From Thermoanaerobaculia bacterium (lineage in GTDB: Bacteria; Acidobacteriota; Thermoanaerobaculia; Gp7-AA8): DNA of 64,000 nucleotides. Positions 37,479 to 45,064 of the stretch are shown here, in pieces. The stretch is from NCBI GenBank assembly GCA_035536275.1, contig DATLOL010000056.1:1339-65338 (forward strand), written 5' to 3'. Under the pieces are notes generated by a model. That model made no database searches, was not told the DNA's origin, and worked only from the letters and a program-made list of their open reading frames with translations. The stretch's first letter is position 1; each line of letters opens with the position of its first letter. Made by a program: the position numbers and the translations under genes.

Positions 37479-37658
37479 ATGGCCGTCCAGCTCTGCTATA
37501 TCTGCGTGTTCAACAACCCGAAGAAACCCCACGAGCAGCGCCCGTCCTATGCAGACTGCGACCGCTGCAAGCAGCCCACCTGCAAAGGGCATGGGCGCGA
37601 CGTGGACTCAGATCGGTTCTACTGCATTCGATGCCTTCGCGAACTCGGACGCTCGTAG
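37479..37658 (+). CDS. 59-aa zinc-ribbon protein
   Basis: AAGGAGA lies 9 nt upstream of the ATG. 'MAVQLCYICVF...ADCDRCKQPTCKGHGRDVDSDRFYCIRCLRELG' (CxxC...CxxC...CxxC). An alternative GTG start at 37248 would form a GTGA overlap with the STAND stop. Confidence 0.55.
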   Translation: MAVQLCYICVFNNPKKPHEQRPSYADCDRCKQPTCKGHGRDVDSDRFYCIRCLRELGRS

Positions 37659-37839
37659 AGTGCCACCACATGATCTGCTCGCCGGGGATGGGTGGGGCGA
37701 CCGATGAGGCGACTCTCAGGATCGCTCGCGGTGAGGACCGTGGCTTCCGTCCTCGCGAAGTATTCGAGATTGGGGTTCACGCCGGCCGACGTGGGTGGAG
37801 ACGACATCCCGGTCCACCTCGGAAGCGCGCGTGTGGCAC

Positions 37840-38232
37840 CTATGACGTGTTGTTGTGATCCCACGGTTGCGCGATCGTCAGCGGCGGGATCCCGAAGTAC
37901 CGCTCATGGAGAAGCCGAAACACGGCGTCGAGCTGCCGCCAGTCGTCTGCCGTGAAATTGAGGTACGCGCCGAAGATCCCCGACCCCTCCGGCGCATCGC
38001 GGAACAGATCCGCGACGAGGAGCATCCAGAGGCCGCCGTAGAGCTCACTCGTCGTGATGCCCGAGATCGGGTCGAGCACGGACGCCACGGACTTCCCGGA
38101 GATGAGGAGGTCCGCCGCGCGCGCCATGCGGCGGACGCGCTGTTTGTATGTCTTCGTCGGAAGCCCCGAGCGCTCAAGGGCCGCGTGAATGTGCGCGTCG
38201 ATCGCGTCGATCGTGCCCCAATCCCACGTCAC
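37840..38232 (-). CDS. Hypothetical protein (130 aa)
   Basis: ORF only, with non-shadow-like composition ('TIDAIDAHIHAALERSGLPTKTYKQRVRRMARAADLL...'). No motif recognised. Confidence 0.4.
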   Translation of the reverse strand: MTWDWGTIDAIDAHIHAALERSGLPTKTYKQRVRRMARAADLLISGKSVASVLDPISGITTSELYGGLWMLLVADLFRDAPEGSGIFGAYLNFTADDWRQLDAVFRLLHERYFGIPPLTIAQPWDHNNTS

Positions 38233-38497
38233 CGGCCGGCTCTCCTTCGCGCCGGTCGCTGAGATCCAAGGCGAGATTCACCACCTCCGCGACGGCGTGC
38301 GCAAGCGCCTGGTCGCCGACACCGCCAATGAACCACTCCTTGCCCTCCGGCGTCGTGAGGAAGAGCATGCCGCCCGACCCGCCGCTCTGGCCAGCCGAGA
38401 GGCGCCCGTCCTTGAAGACGCTTGCGAGGCCGCGCAAGGCGGCGATGCGCCGGCGGTACTCGTCTTTCGTCACGCGTGCGAGCGTACGCGCAGCCAA
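38174..38497 (-). CDS. Hypothetical protein (107 aa); the 3' end overlaps the next gene by 59 nt, so boundaries are uncertain
   Basis: 'VTKDEYRRRIAALRGLASVFKDGRLSAGQSGGSGGMLFLTTPEGKEWFIGGVGDQALAHAVAEVVNLALDL' looks protein-like; the tail looks like read-through. Confidence 0.3.
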   Translation of the reverse strand: MAARTLARVTKDEYRRRIAALRGLASVFKDGRLSAGQSGGSGGMLFLTTPEGKEWFIGGVGDQALAHAVAEVVNLALDLSDRREGEPAGDVGLGHDRRDRRAHSRGP

Positions 38498-38542
38498 ACG
38501 CGATCAAGTGATTCTCTGTACGACGTAGAGCGTTCACGCCGA

Positions 38543-38788
38543 TCATCCCGCCTTCTCCCGAAACCGCTGGCACCCGCACTTGTACGCCTCCTTGCACCGG
38601 CCGTCCGCCGTCACTGCGTGCGCCCGCTTGCCGTGCCCGCAGACGCACAGGGGTTCAGGCGTGAACGCGGTGCACGTGCAGTCACGGCACGGCCCGCGTG
38701 GCTGTGTCGCCGTGTTCCAGTGCCGGCTCTTCTTGTGCCCGCATGTGCATATGAAGCTCGGGCGGTTGTCGAAGAACGCGTCGGTCAC
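38543..38788 (-). CDS. 81-aa Cys/His-rich putative metal-binding protein
   Basis: GTG start in a GTGA overlap with the upstream peptidase-like gene. The motif C-x-CGH-x-K-x-x-H is duplicated ('CTCGHKKSRH', 'CVCGHGKRAH'), plus 'CRDCTC' and 'CKEAYKCGC'. Confidence 0.5.
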   Translation of the reverse strand: MTDAFFDNRPSFICTCGHKKSRHWNTATQPRGPCRDCTCTAFTPEPLCVCGHGKRAHAVTADGRCKEAYKCGCQRFREKAG

Positions 38789-39420
38789 GGTCGCCCCCGC
38801 CGCACCGCAGCGATCGCGCGCTCCACCGGCTCCCGGTCCTCGGGATCATGCGTGAGGCAGAAGCGCTCCTTCGCCTCGCGCCGCCGGTACGCGCGCCGCG
38901 CGTTCCCCGTCCGCGGCACCCGCACGCCCCCGAGGAACGTCTCGATCTCCTCGCCGTAGAGCACCGGCCGCCGCGCGAGTTCGACCGCGAGCGCCTCGAC
39001 GCGTCGCCACGTCTGCGGGCGTTCGATGAGTGCGCGCGCCTGCTCCTCCGCGTAGTCCGACCACTCGTCGATCAGGCGGTGGTCGGACTCGACGAGCTGC
39101 GCCGACGCGAGGATGCCCTCGTAGTCTGTGCGTGGCACGAGTCCCCCCGCGCCCTCGTAGTGGAAGCGCTTCTGCGCGATGAGCCCCGCATGGAAGACGA
39201 TCATCTCGCGCTCGATCGCGAGCCGCAGCGCGTCGGAGCCGGCCGGGAAGCGGCCGAGTCCCACGTCGCTCGCGAACGTCACGCGTCCCTCGCGCACGCG
39301 GACGTACACGTGGATCGCACCGATCCGGACGCCGAGCTCCCACGCCGCGACCGCATGCCCGGCCTCGTGCACCAAGACATCGGCGAGCGTCACGCCGCGG
39401 TGCAGCCGCGCGATCGTCAT
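38785..39420 (-). CDS. Stand-alone FtsH-like (M41-type HEAGH) zinc-metallopeptidase-domain protein
   Basis: Start at ATG 39420 (MTIARLHRGVTLADVLVHEAGHAVAAWELGVRIGAIHV...). HExxH sits in an FtsH-like context. The track ORF extends spuriously to 39924. Confidence 0.6.
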   Translation of the reverse strand: MTIARLHRGVTLADVLVHEAGHAVAAWELGVRIGAIHVYVRVREGRVTFASDVGLGRFPAGSDALRLAIEREMIVFHAGLIAQKRFHYEGAGGLVPRTDYEGILASAQLVESDHRLIDEWSDYAEEQARALIERPQTWRRVEALAVELARRPVLYGEEIETFLGGVRVPRTGNARRAYRRREAKERFCLTHDPEDREPVERAIAAVRRGRP

Positions 39421-40145
39421 CACCAGTCCCCCTGCTCGGCCGCCTGGTAGCCGTCCATGCCCTTCAGCGCCTCGGTGAGCGTCGGCCGGCGCCACACCAG
39501 CACGGTGTTCGGCTCGACGCCGGGCGCCGGCGGCGTCCGCCATGCGGCACCGGAAGGCACGACGGTTGTGTCGGTCGTGAGGTCCGTGAGGAACGCGGCG
39601 ACCGCTGCTCCATCCATCGACCGCACCGCGCGCAGGTGCTGCGCGAGGAGTTCCACGCGCGTCCACGTGCCAGGATCGTGGAGCAGCACGCGCGCGCGTT
39701 CGCGCTGGTACGCATCCCACGCCGAGCGGACGTAGGTGTCGTACACCAGCCGCTCCATGAGGTCGTGCACGAGCGACCCGTCGTCCCAGCCCCACACCTT
39801 GTGCGACCACCCGAGCGCGAGCGCCCTGCCCACGACGCCGCACTGCACGGTGATGCAGTCTCGCTCCAGCGCGATCCGCGCCTCCGTGCTCGCGTCGTCC
39901 CGCGCGTAGGCGAGCGATGCCCACGCGGCTTCGAAGACGCGATGCCGCCCGTCGAAGATCGCGCGGCGGACCGGGATACCGAAATCAGTGGCGACGACCG
40001 CATGCGTGGCCACGTGGATCGCGTCGGCGCGGTGGAACCGCTCCTCCGGCACGTGATAGATCCGGCAGCGCCACGTCGTCCGGCGCGTCCGGCGGCGGAG
40101 CGTGTGCCGCGGGCCGATGCGCTCGTAGTGCACCTGCTCAGCCAC
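39420..40145 (-). CDS. Paralog of the FtsH-like peptidase-domain protein with a degenerate active site (HVATH instead of HExxH)
   Basis: 241 aa. 'ADAIHVATHAVVATDFGIPVRRAIF' aligns with 'ADVLVHEAGHAVAAWELGVRIGAIH' of the neighbour. Its stop overlaps the neighbour's ATG by 1 nt (TGATG). Confidence 0.5.
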   Translation of the reverse strand: MAEQVHYERIGPRHTLRRRTRRTTWRCRIYHVPEERFHRADAIHVATHAVVATDFGIPVRRAIFDGRHRVFEAAWASLAYARDDASTEARIALERDCITVQCGVVGRALALGWSHKVWGWDDGSLVHDLMERLVYDTYVRSAWDAYQRERARVLLHDPGTWTRVELLAQHLRAVRSMDGAAVAAFLTDLTTDTTVVPSGAAWRTPPAPGVEPNTVLVWRRPTLTEALKGMDGYQAAEQGDW

Positions 40146-40617
40146 GGCGACCGCCTTCCCGGATTACGGCGCGCACCGCGCAGTGCTCGAACGGGTGATA
40201 CTCCCGGACGATGGCGCGTCGCTCGCGCCATGCCGCGTCCGCAATGGCCCCCGGGAACAAGTCGGTGAGCACCACGGGCTCACCGACGAGCCGCCGGAGC
40301 GCGTACACGATCCCGACCGCGCAGACGGCCGTTGGCTCGATCCGCCCCATGCGGATGCGCAGCAAGTGTGCGCGTTCGTACCCGCACTCCCGCGCGAGAT
40401 GCGCTGGCCGGACGCCCCGGCTCCGCAGGTATGACTCCAACAGCGTCGGCCGCGATGGCGCGCCGACAGATTCGGATGGAGGCGTCTCTGGTAGCGCTGC
40501 GTCAGCAGCTGGCAGCGCTGCCGCGGATGCACCGCGCGTGAAAACCGGGACCGCAGCGGTCAGCGCCGCGAAGAGCTGCAGGACGCCACGTCGTGATACT
40601 CCATCGCGCATAGTCAT
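40138..40617 (-). CDS. Protein with a Tat-like signal peptide and an XRE-like HTH region
   Basis: 'MTMRDGVSRRGVLQLFAALTAAVPVFTRGASAA' (SRRxxLQ twin-arginine style), then 'LLESYLRSRGVRPAHLARECGYERAHLLRIRMGRIEPT'. AAGGAG lies upstream. Confidence 0.45.
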   Translation of the reverse strand: MTMRDGVSRRGVLQLFAALTAAVPVFTRGASAAALPAADAALPETPPSESVGAPSRPTLLESYLRSRGVRPAHLARECGYERAHLLRIRMGRIEPTAVCAVGIVYALRRLVGEPVVLTDLFPGAIADAAWRERRAIVREYHPFEHCAVRAVIREGGRRG

Positions 40618-40651
40618 GACTCCTTTCGGTGTCTTTCAGGGGCCAAAAAAA

Positions 40652-41341
40652 TCACTCCTCCTGATCCAATTCAGGGATGCCGTCTTCGCCGAGGTGCGGT
40701 CGTGGTTCGTGGTGTCCATGACAGTCGGTGCAGACCTGCCGGCCGGGTACGTCGCTCACTCGGCCGCAGTACCAGCAGAAGGCGGTGAACCGGTCGTCTT
40801 CGCGCGGGATGAAGTACGGGTAGTGGAGTGCCGCACGAAACCCAGGAATCGCGAGCTCCAACTCGTCGGCGTTGACCGCGCTCGCAAGGTCGAGCAAATG
40901 CCGCTCGAGAACATCGCTCGCGTTCAGGCGCGCCCGAAACTGGTCGCGCTCTGTCTCCGCGAGATAGTGGAGCAGCCGGATCTGGTAGACCGGCAGGAAC
41001 ACCTCGATCTGTTGAATGCGATTGAGCAGCGGGACAACCGAAAGCCGATCGACCGATCCGAGTGCGCCGCTAATCATCCGCGGCGTCCAGCGATCGTGCG
41101 CGAGCTTCGCTACGTCATCCCAAGGAATGACGAGCTGTCCGCCGAACGTCTCTGTCCCGATTCCACCGGTGGCGATCGCCGCATCCACTTCCTCCCGCGT
41201 CGTGCGCGTGAGCCGGAGCGCGTCGGCGAATGGATAGAGCGGAACTCGCTTCACGTACAGCTCGCGGATCAGCGCGCGATCACCGATGCCTCGCTTAGGA
41301 GTCTTGTTAGATCCGGCGGCGGCCCGTGCGCGTCTCGGCAT
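40652..41341 (-). CDS. Hypothetical protein with a C-terminal Cys4 zinc-ribbon
   Basis: 229 aa; 'FCWYCGRVSDVPGRQVCTDCHGHH'. Confidence 0.4.
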   Translation of the reverse strand: MPRRARAAAGSNKTPKRGIGDRALIRELYVKRVPLYPFADALRLTRTTREEVDAAIATGGIGTETFGGQLVIPWDDVAKLAHDRWTPRMISGALGSVDRLSVVPLLNRIQQIEVFLPVYQIRLLHYLAETERDQFRARLNASDVLERHLLDLASAVNADELELAIPGFRAALHYPYFIPREDDRFTAFCWYCGRVSDVPGRQVCTDCHGHHEPRPHLGEDGIPELDQEE

Positions 41342-41493
41342 CGAGTGACTACCTCGTTCGGCGGACGCGCCGGATGTTCCCGGCCGTGTTTACACATCGG
41401 CGAAGCGGTCGCAGACTGAGGGGCGTCGTCCCCCAACAAGCGCCTTTGTGGAAAAGCGTTAGAGTCGCCGGCCGTGCGGAGAAACAGCACGGC

Positions 41494-42099
41494 ATGGCGC
41501 AGAGCCAGCGCGACGATCAGGAAGCGATCAAGTATCTCGAGCGAGGAGAAGTCGAGCGCTTCTTTCGCTGCATTCCAGAGCGAAAAACGCGTGACCTACT
41601 GCTCTTCGATCTCATCTACCGGCACGGCCTACGGCGGAGCGAAGCCGGTCTTCTCGAACTCGAAAACGTGCGGGATGGGAAGGTCTGGATTGCGCGCCGG
41701 AAGCACGGTTTGCCAGGCGCGTATCCGCTTCACCCGCGAAGCAAAGAGCTGCTGGCGCGCTACCTTAAGGAACGACCGCAGGACGGGTCGGTGTACCTCC
41801 TCCGCAGCCGGCGCCATGCTGACCGGCCGCTCTCGGGCGCTGAGGTCAACCGGCTTTTCCACGCCTATGCGACCGCGGCGGACCTTCCCGCCGACCGACG
41901 CCATGTTCACGTCCTGCGGCACTCGATCGGTGTGCATCTGGCCAACGCGAACTGGGACATCGCCGACGTGCAGGATTGGCTTGGCCACCGCCGCATCACG
42001 TCGACTCTCATCTATTTTCGCATCACGAACAAACGGCGCGAAGCCAAGCATCGCTCTTCCCTTCATTCACGAGAGATCGCGCGGACGGATGGCGGCTGA
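41494..42099 (+). CDS. Short tyrosine recombinase (catalytic domain)
   Basis: Start at ATG 41494 (MAQSQRDDQEAIKYL...). 'YRHGLRRSEAGLLELENV' (Arg), 'HVLRHSIGVHLA' (H-x-x-R), 'WLGHRRITSTLIYFRI' (His...Tyr). Confidence 0.75.
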   Translation: MAQSQRDDQEAIKYLERGEVERFFRCIPERKTRDLLLFDLIYRHGLRRSEAGLLELENVRDGKVWIARRKHGLPGAYPLHPRSKELLARYLKERPQDGSVYLLRSRRHADRPLSGAEVNRLFHAYATAADLPADRRHVHVLRHSIGVHLANANWDIADVQDWLGHRRITSTLIYFRITNKRREAKHRSSLHSREIARTDGG

Positions 42100-42608
42100 A
42101 CGCCACGAACGCACGCTTTTCCACATTTTCGTCAAATCGCGACACACGATCCGGACTGGATTTGACGCGAGTTCGATCGACTACCGTCGCTTCATCGGCC
42201 TCAACGACACGCCGGCGTCGTCGTTTCGGGAGTTCATAGATGAGAAGGGATTTCGACATTCCGGCCGGGTCGACGGCTCCATGCTGCCGTCCGCAGTTTC
42301 CCTCGCCTTGCCGAATGGGATGCGCCCCGTCCCGACGCGCGTGAGCGATGGATGCCGCGGAGATTTGCTGGATTTACGACCGCAGATCTGCGCGCTCAAG
42401 TCGACCATCCCATCAGCTCCTCCAACGTCCGGGGTGAAGGGACCGCGATGCTGACCGGAGCCGTTCTTTGGCGCCGCGGACCGAAGGAAGGTCTCGTGTT
42501 CGCGTCGGGACCGCGAACGTGTAGCCCAGCACCTGTTCCCTCGGTTTGGGACCACCCAAGGTAGGGAAAATTCAATCCCCGTCACTCCTACTACTGGAGA
42601 GAAAGGCC

Positions 42609-45041
42609 ATGTTCAACCGCCTAGCGCAGTCGATGTGCATATGCTCGCTCCTGTGCCTGGCCGTCTCAGCGCAAGAGCGTTCACCAGATGGCATTTGGGA
42701 ACTTCCATCGGCCGAGACTGCATCAGCTTTGAAATTCTTGCAGTTCGACGGCACGGGAGGCGCTGAAAGCGCGCGATTGTTGCCCGATCGGCTAATGGAA
42801 GCCTTGGCCTCTGCGCCGCTGGAGAACATCGATGGCGTGAGACCGGTCATCTCTCTTCCAATCCCATCTGAGGATGGTCAGAAATTCGTTCGATTTGCCG
42901 TCGAGCGATCACCGATCACCGAAGAAGACACGCCGTCGATGACCGCCTACCGAGGTCGCGGCGTTGATGATCCGACGACGACGACTCGGTTCGACATCAC
43001 TGAAGCCGGACTCACCGGTATTGTTCTGACACCTGGCGAGACATACTTCATCGCGCCGTTCAAGCTTGAGATGAAGAGCATGCTGCCCGGTGATCTCGGA
43101 AAGGATCTCCACTTCGATTTCGCTAGCTCACGCTTCACGCTGCCTGACGGTGGTCACGACTGCCTCGTTCGACGGAATGACGTACCGAAGCCGGCTCGAA
43201 AAGCTGCCGAAGAACGAAGCGAACCGTTGTCGGCCGACAAGTTTCGGCAGAGAACGTATCGAATGGCGGTGGCCGCGACGAGCGATTACGTGAAGTTCCA
43301 TCACGACCAGCATCCGGAACTCACGGAAATAGAAGCGGCCTATCAGGCAATCCGTACAACGATCAATCTTCTCCGCGGCGTCTATGAACGCGAGTTCGGC
43401 ATCAATTTCGTCCTGGTAAACAAAGCGCGAGATCTCATCTTCGCAGACCCGAAGAAGGACCCTTACGCGGGCAAGAACGTCGACGCGATGCTGGCGCAAA
43501 ACAAGATTGAACTGGACCGGGTTCTCACTTCCTCCGGGTACGATATCGGCCACCTCTTCGCAACGCGGGGAGCCGGCAAAGCGGAGATAGGATCCGTCTG
43601 CGAAGATGCGCGCAAGGCTATGGGGCTGACCGGGGTCAGCGACGCTAGCGCGGATACCTACTTTGCGATCGACTATCTCGCGCATGAAGTCGGTCATCAG
43701 TTCGGCGCCCTGCACACATTCAACGGCACGAAAGGGTTCTGCAAGGGAGGCCGCGTGCGCGAGAGCGCGTTCGAGCCGGGCAGCGGCTGGACGATTATGG
43801 GCTATGCCGGTATCTGTGAAGACCAGGATATCGCAAAGCGCTCGCAGCATTATTTCCATGCAGCGAGTATGCAGCAGATTACCGATGCCTTTTCGACAAC
43901 TGGCGCCTGCGCCAAGATAACGACGGTCACCAATCACGCTCCCATCTTTACTCCCGTACCTGACTATGTCGTGCCAGCCGGCACTCCCGTCGCGCTGCTG
44001 GCAAAGGCCACGGATCGAGACGACAGCAAATCGACCTACGTCTGGGAAGAATATTATCCTCCTGCATTCCGCCCAAGGTGGAAGCCGGAAGATTCACCGC
44101 CCGACGATGACGCGGATGGTCGTCTGCGCCCGCTGCTCACATCGACGTCGACACAGACCCTCGAAAACTTCACTTACAACGAGGACAGAAATCGACTTCA
44201 AACCCTTCCTCGGTCCGGTCGCACCATGAATATTCGCGTGACGGCGAGGGACTCGCGTGGGCGGTATGGCTATGAGGATATTACGCTGAAAGTCGCGAAA
44301 AAGGCAGGACCTTTCGAGATTGTATCGCCCGGAGCGCGGAATGTGTGGATCTCCGGCGACTCCGTCGACATTCGCTGGCATGTTGCAGGGACAAACAAGT
44401 CACCTGTCAATTGCTCACACATACGCGTTCGCCTGTCTCTCGACGACGGCCAGACCTACCCGTACGAGATTGCCGCTGTGGCGCCGAACATCGGAGCTCT
44501 TTCGGCCAAACTGCCGCCGGGAATTCCAGCTTCGGAAACCGCACGCGTGCGGCTTGACGCGGTCGGCAATGTCTTCTTCGCAACATCGCCCAGATTCCGA
44601 ACGGGATCGGTCGCCTCCGCGGCGGTCGCGGGCACTGGCCGCAGTGAACGCGGCGTCGCGTCGGACGAAGACATCCTCACGGCATGCGACATTCGCTCAT
44701 TCGGCGCTGCCGTCGAAGCCTTTGCTGTGGATGCAAACCGATATCCGACTGCTCGGCAGGTTAGCCAAGAGTCATTCGCGAAGAAATACGGACCCGGCTT
44801 CCCGCGCAGTGATGCGTGGGGAAGACCGTTTCGCTATCTCCTCAACGGCGCACAGACGTTTGTCATTGCGTCCGCCGGCGCCGATGGCGCGTTCAGCGCA
44901 AATACAGCGCGGCAATACCTATCCTCCTCGTCACTACATGCGAGCGACGACATCGTCTTTTCAAACGGCGCGCTCATCTATTCCCCTGACCTTCCAGAAG
45001 ACGCCGCGTGTCGTTGCGCTCCGGATGTTTGCGATCAGTAA
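42609..45041 (+). CDS. Secreted reprolysin/metzincin-type zinc metalloprotease with a C-terminal GspG-like (type II secretion pseudopilin globular) domain
   Basis: Start at ATG 42609, with signal peptide 'MFNRLAQSMCICSLLCLAVSAQ'. Metzincin motif 'HEVGHQFGALH'. The C-terminus 'SDAWGRPFRYLLNGAQTFVIASAGADGAFS' resembles the GspG 'D(P/A)WG.PY.Y...S.G.DG' block. Confidence 0.7.
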   Translation: MFNRLAQSMCICSLLCLAVSAQERSPDGIWELPSAETASALKFLQFDGTGGAESARLLPDRLMEALASAPLENIDGVRPVISLPIPSEDGQKFVRFAVERSPITEEDTPSMTAYRGRGVDDPTTTTRFDITEAGLTGIVLTPGETYFIAPFKLEMKSMLPGDLGKDLHFDFASSRFTLPDGGHDCLVRRNDVPKPARKAAEERSEPLSADKFRQRTYRMAVAATSDYVKFHHDQHPELTEIEAAYQAIRTTINLLRGVYEREFGINFVLVNKARDLIFADPKKDPYAGKNVDAMLAQNKIELDRVLTSSGYDIGHLFATRGAGKAEIGSVCEDARKAMGLTGVSDASADTYFAIDYLAHEVGHQFGALHTFNGTKGFCKGGRVRESAFEPGSGWTIMGYAGICEDQDIAKRSQHYFHAASMQQITDAFSTTGACAKITTVTNHAPIFTPVPDYVVPAGTPVALLAKATDRDDSKSTYVWEEYYPPAFRPRWKPEDSPPDDDADGRLRPLLTSTSTQTLENFTYNEDRNRLQTLPRSGRTMNIRVTARDSRGRYGYEDITLKVAKKAGPFEIVSPGARNVWISGDSVDIRWHVAGTNKSPVNCSHIRVRLSLDDGQTYPYEIAAVAPNIGALSAKLPPGIPASETARVRLDAVGNVFFATSPRFRTGSVASAAVAGTGRSERGVASDEDILTACDIRSFGAAVEAFAVDANRYPTARQVSQESFAKKYGPGFPRSDAWGRPFRYLLNGAQTFVIASAGADGAFSANTARQYLSSSSLHASDDIVFSNGALIYSPDLPEDAACRCAPDVCDQ

Positions 45042-45064
45042 ACAGGCAGAGAGGAATTCACATC

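Noticed and set aside
42100-42608. ORFs 41474..42454 + and 42181..42585 - in the 510-bp gap after the short recombinase
   Set aside because: Their composition and lack of motifs suggest non-coding sequence. I also looked here for a repeat of the tRNA-Gly 3' end (attR) and found only a trivial GTTCGA match.
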